From: a virus | Taxonomy: Duplodnaviria; Caudoviricetes | Virus record (IMG/VR): IMGVR_UViG_3300024346_000003 | Length of the DNA stretch: 64,000 bases | Strand: one strand, 5' to 3' | In this document: one piece after another, positions 41,056 to 49,967 of the stretch | How positions within the stretch are numbered: the first letter of the stretch is position 1 | Layout: each line of letters starts with the position of its first letter | Made by a program: the position numbers and the translations under genes | Notes under the pieces: generated by a model | Database searches by the model: none | What the model saw: only the letters and a program-made list of their open reading frames with translations | Told to the model about the DNA's origin: nothing

Positions 41056-41252
41056 AAGATTTAATAGAAGCACTTACAATATTCCTTAAATATAAGGATG
41101 AAGAACGACCAACACACTGCGAACATGATACCCTATATATTATGGGTGTCGAAGAAGATGAAGTGTCAGAAGAAGATAAAAAAAGACTAGATGAACTTGG
41201 ATTTTACTTTGGTGATGATTGCTGGGTATCATATAAATACGGCTCAGCCTAA
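41052..41252 (+). CDS. small hypothetical phage protein
   Basis: LIEALTIFLKY..PTHCEHD pattern. Confidence 0.65.
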   Translation: MKDLIEALTIFLKYKDEERPTHCEHDTLYIMGVEEDEVSEEDKKRLDELGFYFGDDCWVSYKYGSA

Positions 41253-41267
41253 ACTAAAATAAAAATT

Positions 41268-41660
41268 ATGGGATTAATAATAAACGCAGATAAAATAGAA
41301 AAAATATATATCACCAAAACTAGACAGTCACCTTATGTTAGGTTTTATAAAGCAACACCAGATAAATATATTTTTTTTGGTCTAATAAAAAGTGAAAGTG
41401 CTGAAAGTGAATATTGGAGATTAAATTGGGAAGGAAGATTCGAAACAAGACAAGATTTGGTAAATAATAACCCAAAAAAGTTTTATATAAATGATGACGC
41501 ATTATTTCACTGCTCAATATGGGAAAAACCAAATCTATATATCATAATGTCAAAAAGTGATAATGTCACAAGATACTATGACACAATTGAAGAACTAAAT
41601 AAATCAGTAGATGATATTATTAGGGCATCAAAAAACAACCTGATAGTTATAGAAGATTAA
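41268..41660 (+). CDS. hypothetical protein
   Basis: 130 aa ORF. Confidence 0.6.
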   Translation: MGLIINADKIEKIYITKTRQSPYVRFYKATPDKYIFFGLIKSESAESEYWRLNWEGRFETRQDLVNNNPKKFYINDDALFHCSIWEKPNLYIIMSKSDNVTRYYDTIEELNKSVDDIIRASKNNLIVIED

Positions 41661-41676
41661 TTATCGACCATTATAT

Positions 41677-41705
41677 AAAAAACCCAGATTAAGTCTGGGT
41701 TTTTT
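41677..41705. terminator. bidirectional intrinsic terminator
   Basis: AAAAAACCCAGA-TTAAG-TCTGGGTTTTTT between convergent operons. Confidence 0.85.
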
Positions 41706-41709
41706 ATTA

Positions 41710-42525
41710 TTACTTCAACGTATCCAATAAACTTATAATGGTGTCGTAATACTCAAAATCATTATTATTCCTGGCACCATAGTACATCTCATTGGCCAAT
41801 TTATACGCACCACCAAAATCTTCAATCTTAGGATTAGCCTGGAAAAATCCCCTCAATAAATCATACTTAGAATCATCAGGTATAGAATCAAATATCGAAA
41901 ACTTAACCTCCTTCTTCTCCTCACCATGGAAACTAGGAACATCATACCCAACAACCTTAACATACCTAGTATTACTTATCCTAAACTCCAACCCATAATT
42001 ACCATTCCAAACAATATTTAACTTGTTGTTCAAATCAGCTGGTATCAAACTAAATACAAACGTCCTCTGATTACCCTCACTATTATTATCCTCAATGTTT
42101 TTTAATATTCCCCTTAACTTATCTTCAGTCATACTAGGATTGGCCTTCTTAACCTCCTCAAAGAATGTAACAAAACCACCATAGAAATAATTCTCAACCT
42201 GAGTCTCCAAATGATAATCATTACCCAAAACAGATTTTGCAATATCCATATTCAAATATAAAAACCTATCAACACTGGTAATGTAAAACTTAATAATGAT
42301 TGGGTCATTCACTTCACCCTTTCTAGCATACCTAAACGCATGGTCATAATCGTAAAAACCATATAACCCCTTCCCTTGCATTGACCTTGAACCAATATTC
42401 AAACCACTCTGCTTTATAGACTCCAAATTTGACATAGAGGTAACATGATACCCAAATAATGAACTACCATCGTACTCCTCACCCAATAAACTCTCCCTTA
42501 ATAACTTTTTAATGTGATGCTTCAT
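41710..42525 (-). CDS. ADP-ribosyltransferase-like protein (H-Y-E type)
   Basis: GYHVT..NLESI..GL....QGKGLYG....A.RYA...GLEFRI. Confidence 0.65.
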   Translation of the reverse strand: MKHHIKKLLRESLLGEEYDGSSLFGYHVTSMSNLESIKQSGLNIGSRSMQGKGLYGFYDYDHAFRYARKGEVNDPIIIKFYITSVDRFLYLNMDIAKSVLGNDYHLETQVENYFYGGFVTFFEEVKKANPSMTEDKLRGILKNIEDNNSEGNQRTFVFSLIPADLNNKLNIVWNGNYGLEFRISNTRYVKVVGYDVPSFHGEEKKEVKFSIFDSIPDDSKYDLLRGFFQANPKIEDFGGAYKLANEMYYGARNNNDFEYYDTIISLLDTLK

Positions 42526-42527
42526 AA

Positions 42528-43145
42528 TTATTTTATATTATATATAACACTACCATATCTGGCATTGTCTAAATCTGTTCCCCTAACATCAACACCATCA
42601 AAGCCAATATACCTCATAAGCGTTGTTGATGGTGAATCATTATTATTTGAGTGAATTTTATTAATGATGTCTTTAATAATATTTTTATTATATGAACTAA
42701 TTTTAATATTATCATTAAACTCATCATTAAATTTTATCTTATCCTCATCACTTAAATTATTATAAGCATCGTTATTTCTAATATGACCAAAATTATCAAC
42801 CGATTTCTTTAATTTACCAAAATGACGCAAAACACTTTCAATTGAATAGTCTAAATCACTATCCGATGAAAAATTATTAACCCCAGATAATAAATCATGT
42901 AATTTATAATCACCCTTGGCTAAATTATACCCATCTAAATTAATAACACTAACACCCCTGTTGCCAGTAATTTTACTATACTCCTTAGCATCACCCTCAT
43001 TACCAAAAAAATAAAACCCAGTCCCAAAATGACCCGTACTCCTAATAGTATTACTAAACATTGATTTAACCTCAGCCTTATTAATTAAATCACCAGCCCT
43101 ATAACCAAAATTCTCCCTTAATAACTTTTTAATGTGATGCTTCAT
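42528..43145 (-). CDS. ADP-ribosyltransferase-like protein (ART-PolyVal-like)
   Basis: GYRAG...FGTGFYF..A.EY...GFDGV; no clear catalytic Glu; same first 11 aa as neighbour. Confidence 0.55.
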   Translation of the reverse strand: MKHHIKKLLRENFGYRAGDLINKAEVKSMFSNTIRSTGHFGTGFYFFGNEGDAKEYSKITGNRGVSVINLDGYNLAKGDYKLHDLLSGVNNFSSDSDLDYSIESVLRHFGKLKKSVDNFGHIRNNDAYNNLSDEDKIKFNDEFNDNIKISSYNKNIIKDIINKIHSNNNDSPSTTLMRYIGFDGVDVRGTDLDNARYGSVIYNIK

Positions 43146-43206
43146 ATAAGATAAATATATTAAAGAGTGTAAAAATTTTTTTTAATATTTATATATAAAA
43201 ATAGTT

Positions 43207-43611
43207 ATGATTGAAAAAAAATTTATAAGTTACGAACCTAAAACAAAAAATAGATTCGTTGTCGAATTCCCAACAGAATGTAATATACAAGAATTTACCG
43301 TAAAGACAATTACAAACCCTAAATACATTAATGGCGAATGGCAAGATATTCATATCACATTTTGTGACCCATTAGCGGCATCAACAACACTAGGGTTATA
43401 TAAATTAATAGAATATGTCCGCACCAATAATCAAAGATTCACAATCAAAATAAAATCATTGGACCCAACTGGTGTAAATGTTGAAACCTGGTTAATTATT
43501 GGTGGAGATACTTTCACAATAGACTTTGGAAACCTAGATTATTCAAGTGATGAAGTTCAAATAATAAAAATGAGTTTAACACCCATACATTGTCGTATAG
43601 AATCTAAATAA
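43207..43611 (+). CDS. tail tube protein-like paralog (T4 gp19-like)
   Basis: YEPKTKNRF...W..I.ITF.DP...LDPTG..VE.W...G..FGNLDYSSDE. Confidence 0.7.
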   Translation: MIEKKFISYEPKTKNRFVVEFPTECNIQEFTVKTITNPKYINGEWQDIHITFCDPLAASTTLGLYKLIEYVRTNNQRFTIKIKSLDPTGVNVETWLIIGGDTFTIDFGNLDYSSDEVQIIKMSLTPIHCRIESK

Positions 43612-43635
43612 TATAAGACCTTAATTTTTAACCCA

Positions 43636-43857
43636 AAATTTACCCAAAAAATTTTTTACATATAAGGGGGTCAAATATTACTGAGAGAAATTTGCCCAAA
43701 AAATTTTAGAGAGATATAAGAGACCTAAACATAGATGAAAAAATTTGCCAAAAAAATTTGCTTACAAATCCGAGTGCCCATATAGCACTCCGAACGGGGG
43801 GGGTGCAAAGAGGGTTCACGGAGGGGGGGCTATGGGGGGTATTTGCACCCCCTCCCC
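43636..43857. other. phased A-tract / G-rich inverted-repeat junction element
   Basis: AAATTT(A/G)CC(C)AAAAAATTT at 43636, 43688, 43741; 11-bp IR GGGGGTGCAAA/TTTGCACCCCC with G-runs. Confidence 0.6.
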
Positions 43858-43861
43858 TATG

Positions 43862-44077
43862 TTATACCTTAGCTTCGTTCTCAAGCACTTTCAAGCATTC
43901 AGGGCATCCTACTTCTTCTATACCTGAATAACTAGCGTGGTTGCTGCTTAATGCGGGTGTACCACATAAATTTCCAACTCCTGACTTGTAAGCGTGTGCC
44001 GTGTTTGACCATACGTTACCTTTATTTCCAAAAATTGAAAATTCGCTACCTAGTGTGTTGATGTTTACCTTTTCCAT
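43862..44077 (-). CDS. small Cys-containing cassette protein
   Basis: own promoter; NLCG...CPEC; start reassigned to MEKV. Confidence 0.65.
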   Translation of the reverse strand: MEKVNINTLGSEFSIFGNKGNVWSNTAHAYKSGVGNLCGTPALSSNHASYSGIEEVGCPECLKVLENEAKV

Positions 44078-44206
44078 AATTTCAATTGTTTTAATTAGAC
44101 AATACAAATATACAAATATTATTCTATATAAACAAATTATTTAGCAATAAAGTTATTAACAAAAAAAAGTCCCATTTAGGGACTTTCTAATTTGATTAGT
44201 TTCTAA

Positions 44207-44761
44207 TCAACCAAAGATTAATTCTTCGCCATTCATTTTGATAGCTAAAGTACTTGAAAGTTTGTATTGTGTAAACTTGTTTGACTTCAAATCTTTTTTA
44301 AGTTGATTTTTAGCCAATGTAAGCGCACGAGAATTAACGATTGGGTAAACACCTTGCTCGATAACAGTTTTGCTGTTACGTAAGCCGAAAATGTAAATTT
44401 CGCCAGTTTCGTTGTGTACCTTAATACCTTTCGCTACGATAGTGTAAGCGTCAATTTGTCCGTTAGAACGATTTTCGTTAGGGTTAACAAAAGAATTGAT
44501 TAATTCAACTCTAGCTTTCTCTAATAAGATAGAATTACCGCCTAAGGTAGTAACGTCTAAAGATTGTAACGTTTCAATATCTTTCAACTTTGCGTTAGAA
44601 AGACTTGCACCAACGTTAACAAGGTTGTTAGATACTTCACCGAAAGAATTTGTATATCCTTTGATAGATACGAAAGAAACGCCCGTAGGGGATTTAGCTA
44701 ATACTTTAGTAAGATTAGTAATAACTTGAAGTGCGATTGTTGACTTGTTGATAGTTTCCAT
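44207..44761 (-). CDS. hypothetical cassette protein
   Basis: 184 aa, own promoter. Confidence 0.7.
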   Translation of the reverse strand: METINKSTIALQVITNLTKVLAKSPTGVSFVSIKGYTNSFGEVSNNLVNVGASLSNAKLKDIETLQSLDVTTLGGNSILLEKARVELINSFVNPNENRSNGQIDAYTIVAKGIKVHNETGEIYIFGLRNSKTVIEQGVYPIVNSRALTLAKNQLKKDLKSNKFTQYKLSSTLAIKMNGEELIFG

Positions 44762-44958
44762 AATTAAAAATTTTAAGTTGTTTTAAATAGACAATACAAA
44801 TATAGGTATTTTATTTTGATTGTGCAAATTTTTGTGTAATTATTTTCGTGTAGTTATTAACATTTTTTTGTTGAAAAGTATATGTTAAATAATTAGGATA
44901 TGTTAAATATTATTTGTACCTTTGCAAAATTTTTCATATATGTATTTTTTTTTTATAA

Positions 44959-45001
44959 GGTAGGTCGGAGTCTACTCTCCTATTACTTTCGTACTAGCCC
45001 C
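44959..45001 (-). ncRNA. dispersed structured small RNA, copy 1
   Basis: GGGGCTAGTACGAAAGTAATAGGAGAGTAGACTCCGACCTACC after TATATTTG promoter, no ORF. Confidence 0.65.
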
Positions 45002-45069
45002 TTTCTTTGTTATAACAAATATAGGAATAAAAAATGGTACTACCAAATTATAGTACCATTATTTTTAAT

Positions 45070-45303
45070 TTATTTTGATAAAGTTTTTAGCTCAGCTTTT
45101 ATGCGTTTTGCCGTTTCACCTTTCCAAGTGTTAGCGTTACATAGGAAGTAAATAACGATACTTTTACCACTGTCCCAGCCGTACTTATCGTTAACCGATG
45201 TTAAGCTTTCCATAGCTTCTAAATAAGGTTTTGCGGCGTAATTAGGTTTAACCCAATCTTTTTTAATTTCACTTGCGATTTGATAAAGAGGTCTTGCGTT
45301 CAT
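45070..45303 (-). CDS. hypothetical cassette protein
   Basis: own promoter; MNARP start. Confidence 0.7.
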   Translation of the reverse strand: MNARPLYQIASEIKKDWVKPNYAAKPYLEAMESLTSVNDKYGWDSGKSIVIYFLCNANTWKGETAKRIKAELKTLSK

Positions 45304-45366
45304 AATATACATTGTTTTAAATTAGACAATACAAATATAAGTAATTTATTTCATATTTCCAAATAA

Positions 45367-45621
45367 TTACACAATTACTTTATTGTTATTTTCCCAAGCC
45401 CCCATATCTTTTGATTTATAGATTTTAAACCAATCGATATTTTGAATATCTTTTGAATCAACTAATTTACATGATAGATTAAATAATGAATGTGGCATTC
45501 TCCAATTAAGGGCATACCTAGATTTAATTGAATCTGATGCATTTTTAATCCATGTATGAAACAATTCTGTTCTTGTTTCAATATCATTAGCACCATTGAA
45601 TATTTCCTCTGCGTTAAACAT
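45367..45621 (-). CDS. hypothetical cassette protein
   Basis: own promoter; start reassigned. Confidence 0.55.
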   Translation of the reverse strand: MFNAEEIFNGANDIETRTELFHTWIKNASDSIKSRYALNWRMPHSLFNLSCKLVDSKDIQNIDWFKIYKSKDMGAWENNNKVIV

Positions 45622-45720
45622 AATATATTGTTTTAAATTAGACAATACAAATATAAGAATACTATTTCAATTATCCTAATTATTTAACAAAAAAAAAGGG
45701 ACTTTTTGTCCCCTTTAATT

Positions 45721-45996
45721 TTAGCTTTGTCCTTGTCGATAATTGTTACAATGGTTTCTATCAAATAGTTTATTTAATGTTTTGGTATGTTTTGTTTTTT
45801 TATGGTGTTTTTTATAGTTAAACCCATTTTTAGGTTTATCTTTTTTGATTTTAAAATTCTCAAAGATAATTGGTTTATCCTTTATTGAAATTTTGGTCAC
45901 TATTGAATTTTCGATTTTTGTAACGTTTAGCATTTCAGTTGCTAACAATTGTGTAGTAAAAAACGACACTAACAAGAACATAATTAAATTTTTCAT
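45721..45996 (-). CDS. secreted/basic hypothetical protein
   Basis: signal-peptide-like MKNLIMFLLVSFF; own promoter. Confidence 0.6.
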   Translation of the reverse strand: MKNLIMFLLVSFFTTQLLATEMLNVTKIENSIVTKISIKDKPIIFENFKIKKDKPKNGFNYKKHHKKTKHTKTLNKLFDRNHCNNYRQGQS

Positions 45997-46059
45997 TTTT
46001 AAACGATTTAAATTAGACATGAAACAAAGATAAGTAATTTATTTTAATCTACCAAACTT

Positions 46060-46230
46060 TTAGTAAGTTTTTTTTGATTTATTTTGACAATAAAAAGCAT
46101 CAATAAATGTAGTTAAACCTACAAGCATTCCAAATACTGAAATTGCACCAAGAATTGGTTCGTTAACATAAGCGCACAATGTGAACAAAGTTGTTGATAA
46201 TACTAAAGTAATTAAAGAGATAGTTTTCAT
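46060..46230 (-). CDS. small two-TM membrane peptide (56 aa, below ORF-track cutoff)
   Basis: hand-translated MKTISLITLVLSTTLFTLCAYVNEPILGAISVFGMLVGL...; own promoter. Confidence 0.55.
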   Translation of the reverse strand: MKTISLITLVLSTTLFTLCAYVNEPILGAISVFGMLVGLTTFIDAFYCQNKSKKTY

Positions 46231-46334
46231 AATGTATGTATTTTAATTAGACAATACAAATATAAGTAATTTATTTCAATCCACCAAATAAAATAGGATA
46301 ATTATTTTATTTATTTTAATCTTTTTTTTTATAA

Positions 46335-46382
46335 GGTAGGTCGGAGTCTACTCTTCTGCTACCTTTTTGAAGTATCAGCCCC
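46335..46382 (-). ncRNA. dispersed structured small RNA, copy 2
   Basis: GGGGCTGATACTTCAAAAAGGTAGCAGAAGAGTAGACTCCGACCTACC after TATCTTTG. Confidence 0.65.
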
Positions 46383-46450
46383 TTTTGTTAAAACAAAGAT
46401 AAGGATAAGTTTTCACTTATCCAAATCTTTTTTGATTTATTTTTGATTTT

Positions 46451-46720
46451 TTATTCAGCCACTAAAGTTAGTCTGTACTGCTCTAACTTTTCAGCGATGA
46501 CATCAGCGCCACCCTTAACCCCGAAGTAACGTTTAACGTCTGTTATCTTCCAAAATCTGTGAGGTTTGATACCTTTGCTATATAACTTGCAATCTCTAAT
46601 TGAAAGGATTAAGTTCCAATATGCTCTGCTAGTTTCAGCACCATTAACACTCAAACCATTTCCGAAGTCAGCTTCGAATTGCGTTCCTTTGATTTCCTTT
46701 AAAAATGTTTCCTTTTTCAT
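46451..46720 (-). CDS. hypothetical cassette protein
   Basis: own promoter; MKKETF start. Confidence 0.7.
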   Translation of the reverse strand: MKKETFLKEIKGTQFEADFGNGLSVNGAETSRAYWNLILSIRDCKLYSKGIKPHRFWKITDVKRYFGVKGGADVIAEKLEQYRLTLVAE

Positions 46721-46870
46721 AATACGTTGTTTTAAATAGACAATACAAATATAAGTAATCTTTTTCAATATTCCAAATAAAATAGGATAATTATTTTATT
46801 TATTTTTTTTACTTAAAAATTAGGTTATATCATTTATTATTCTTATCTTTGTTATGTACCAATAAGGTAA

Positions 46871-46917
46871 GGGGCTGAGCCGAGAGGAACAGAAGAGTAG
46901 ACTCCGTCACGTCTATA
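46871..46917 (+). ncRNA. dispersed structured small RNA, copy 3
   Basis: GGGGCTGAGCCGAGAGGAACAGAAGAGTAGACTCCGTCACGTCTATA after plus-strand TATCTTTG. Confidence 0.65.
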
Positions 46918-47003
46918 CTTTTCCTTTGGATAAAAATGTTAAATAATTAGGATATCTTATTTATTATTATTATATTTGTAGTATCAATTTAAAATCAACA
47001 ATT

Positions 47004-47222
47004 ATGAAAGTATTAAGAGAAGTTGGTGATGTTAAACTTAATGAAGGTCAACTAATGGCTAAAGGTTTAAATAATCTATACAACGAAAAAACAGGTCAAT
47101 TATCATTATGGTTTGATAATGAAGTTAAGGACTCCTTAATGAAATTACCCGATGATATATTTTTAGAAGTGGTTAGGGTTCATTTTGAACATGCCGAAGT
47201 TGGGCAATATAATCCAAACTAA
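47004..47222 (+). CDS. hypothetical protein
   Basis: plus-strand TATATTTG promoter upstream; GGGGGC..GCCCCC terminator downstream. Confidence 0.65.
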   Translation: MKVLREVGDVKLNEGQLMAKGLNNLYNEKTGQLSLWFDNEVKDSLMKLPDDIFLEVVRVHFEHAEVGQYNPN

Positions 47223-47275
47223 TATAAAAGTAGATTAAATAAATAAGGGGGCTAAATTGCCCCCTTTCTTTCGTG

Positions 47276-47297
47276 CGTATACACGAATGTGTACATA
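47276..47297. repeat. TACAC-N4-GTGTA palindrome, copy 1 (also 52511, 60174)
   Basis: CGTATACACG(AA/TT)TGTGTACATA in three intergenic sites. Confidence 0.7.
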
Positions 47298-47308
47298 GTG
47301 GGTGTATG

Positions 47309-47596
47309 CTATTGAGCACACAACCCCCAAGGTTCAATCTTATCAATGTTTCGCCCATTCAAATTAAGTTCCTTGCAAATGAATTTAGCAAGTTTCTTAT
47401 TTCCTGGTGTTCCTTCTGAAATTTCACCCGTTTTAATTTGTTGGACAACGTATGACGGTTCCATACCCAATACTCTTGAACAAAACTTAACGTCTTGCCC
47501 TAAATAAAAAGACTTAGTTTTTGTCTTTGTTGATACAACCAACGACCAATTGTGGTCGAATCCGTAATTGCTAGTAATCTTAATTTCTGCGTTCAT
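47309..47596 (-). CDS. hypothetical cassette protein
   Basis: own promoter; MNAEIK start. Confidence 0.7.
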   Translation of the reverse strand: MNAEIKITSNYGFDHNWSLVVSTKTKTKSFYLGQDVKFCSRVLGMEPSYVVQQIKTGEISEGTPGNKKLAKFICKELNLNGRNIDKIEPWGLCAQ

Positions 47597-47670
47597 AATA
47601 CTTTGTTTTAAAGTGACAATACAAATATAAGAAATAAAAACGACACTACCAAATGATAGTGCCATTATTT

Positions 47671-47901
47671 TTAAATTTCACAAATTCTTATTCCGAATTC
47701 CGTTTCAACATAAACTAGTTCTTCAATAGAACCACCTTTAACTTCATTAATAACGTAATCGAGTTCGTCTATTGGATAATCCCAAAGTGTTACATCTAAA
47801 ATTTCTTCTGCAAATTCTTGTATGTCTTCAAGTTTTAGGTTTTTGGTTTCTTCATAACCTATTCGCTTTGCATACTCTTGTAATGAAATAGTTTCTAACA
47901 T
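47671..47901 (-). CDS. hypothetical acidic cassette protein
   Basis: own promoter. Confidence 0.65.
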   Translation of the reverse strand: MLETISLQEYAKRIGYEETKNLKLEDIQEFAEEILDVTLWDYPIDELDYVINEVKGGSIEELVYVETEFGIRICEI

Positions 47902-48159
47902 ACTTTCTAAGTTTTAAAGTGACAATACAAAGATACAAATATAAAATGGTATTTCCTAATTTAATTCCACTTTTTTTGTTTATGTTTATCTTTTCTTGTA
48001 TAAGCTTTTTTTGACTTATGAACAGAATGACGCATTGCTTGTTGCAATTCGTGTTGAGTAATTTCGATAGTTTGAAGTTTCATAACTTATATTGTTTTAA
48101 TTAGACAATACAAAGATAAGGATAACTTTTCAATTATCCAAATCTTTTGTTAATTATTT

Positions 48160-48477
48160 TTACATTGTATGAACATCATCTGTTATACTAAACGATATAT
48201 CTCCATTTGCATCAACCTTGTTAGACACTAAACGAACAAGTGAGCTTTGCAAGTTACTTAATGAATTATACTTTTCGTATTTAATTCCTTTTGGTGTTCG
48301 TGCCCAAAGATTAGCACCCCATGAAGAAATTTTGCAATCAGGTTTACCACTTCTATCTGCCAATACAACGTGAAACGTGTAAGGCTTATCAGATAAGTGA
48401 ATGATAATTTGTTTTGCACCATTATATAATTGGTCCAAAGTTACCTCTAATGATTTTAATGTGTTTAACGTTTTCAT
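48160..48477 (-). CDS. hypothetical cassette protein
   Basis: own promoter. Confidence 0.7.
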   Translation of the reverse strand: MKTLNTLKSLEVTLDQLYNGAKQIIIHLSDKPYTFHVVLADRSGKPDCKISSWGANLWARTPKGIKYEKYNSLSNLQSSLVRLVSNKVDANGDISFSITDDVHTM

Positions 48478-48565
48478 ATCTTATTGTTTTAAAGTGACAA
48501 TACAAATATACAAAATAAAAATGACACTACCAAATGATAGTGCCACTTTTTTTGTCAATCTAAAA

Positions 48566-48958
48566 CTAATCTAAGGTATTAAAGTAATCGTGTTTCATAT
48601 TTGAAAGTGCTGAATATATGGTTTGGGAACCAATATCTTTACCTTCTTCATTTTTAATGGGTGTATTTCGTTTCAATATTTCCTTATATTCTTTATCATC
48701 GTAAATAAAACTTAAAAAGTCTATAATATGTCGTTTGCGATAATATTCAATTTGACTTGAAATGAATTTTTCAATAACTCTAGCAATTTGATAACTAGCT
48801 ACTGTTGAAATAACACCAATAATAATAACTAAACTTAACATAGCAAAAGTTGAGCTAAGTTCTATAAAAATTGGTGCGAACGATACTATTGTAATCGTTG
48901 TTGAAAATACAGCGATTATCGCTTTAAGTAATTTTGATTTTTCTACAAAGTTTAACAT
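48566..48958 (-). CDS. two-TM membrane protein
   Basis: two hydrophobic helices; own promoter. Confidence 0.65.
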   Translation of the reverse strand: MLNFVEKSKLLKAIIAVFSTTITIVSFAPIFIELSSTFAMLSLVIIIGVISTVASYQIARVIEKFISSQIEYYRKRHIIDFLSFIYDDKEYKEILKRNTPIKNEEGKDIGSQTIYSALSNMKHDYFNTLD

Positions 48959-49312
48959 AATTTTCTGTTTTAATTGGTTAAGACAAATATACAAATATAA
49001 AATGATATTTCCTAATTTATTTTAAAGTATTATTCATTTCCGTAGCCAGTTATTGATGCAATAATAAAAACCAACCCCATTACGATATAATCAAGTGCTT
49101 TTTTCATAATTATCTTTTTAATTCAATTATTAATGCTCCCACCAATACTGCAATAACTACTATTACTATTGCTGCAATAAAACCTACTACCATAACTTAA
49201 GATTTTCTAATTTTAGTATCAAATGCTAAAACCACTGCGAATAAAAATATAACTGCTAATGCGCTCATAACTTTTTGTTTTAAAGTGACAATACAAATAT
49301 AGGTAAAATATT

Positions 49313-49789
49313 CTACACTTCCAAATGTTTTACCAATATTTTTTTAATTTGTTTATTGTCACTTCTATCAAACGTATTATTCCATCTACCTTTGTATTTT
49401 GACTTAAGCATACTATCTAAAATAGTAAACGGCATATCAACAGAATGACAATGACTAAAAATTGGGTGCATTGTTAAATCATCGAAAAATCCTTTGCTAT
49501 CAATATAAAACACTTTCTTTGATGTTTTAATTGTTACCATTACGTGTGACCAATCTGTTTTGAACAAATCAATTATAGCCTTATTTGCAATATGTCTGTT
49601 ACTTTCGTAAACGCTATGTTCACGAACTAATAAAACCAATTCAGGTTTAAACCCTTTCTTAGTCAATACATTGTAAATGTGTTTTGCAACGAAACCACAA
49701 CCACCACTATTAACATATCTAACTGAATTATCAATCTCATCGAATGATGATAATAAAGACTTTTTAATTTTAGCATTTAAGAATCCCAT
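49313..49789 (-). CDS. papain/transglutaminase-like fold protein (Cys-His-Asp)
   Basis: NSGGCG..A, WSHVMV, YIDSKG spaced like a catalytic triad. Confidence 0.45.
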   Translation of the reverse strand: MGFLNAKIKKSLLSSFDEIDNSVRYVNSGGCGFVAKHIYNVLTKKGFKPELVLLVREHSVYESNRHIANKAIIDLFKTDWSHVMVTIKTSKKVFYIDSKGFFDDLTMHPIFSHCHSVDMPFTILDSMLKSKYKGRWNNTFDRSDNKQIKKILVKHLEV

Positions 49790-49918
49790 AACTATTTGTT
49801 TTAAAGTGACAATACAAATATAAGAATATAAAACGATATAACCTAATTTTTAATTAAAATAATTTATCTTATTTTATTAGGATATATCAAATATTTTCCT
49901 TACCTTTGTTTTGTCGAT

Positions 49919-49967
49919 GGGGCTGACACGAGAGTGGTAGTAGAGTAGACTCCTTGGGATACCTACT
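49919..49967 (+). ncRNA. dispersed structured small RNA, copy 4
   Basis: GGGGCTGACACGAGAGTGGTAGTAGAGTAGACTCCTTGGGATACCTACT after TACCTTTG at 49901. Confidence 0.65.

Noticed and set aside
43745-43927. 60-aa Gly-rich ORF across the G-rich junction
   Set aside because: Produced by the G-runs, overlaps a supported minus-strand gene, and has no promoter context.
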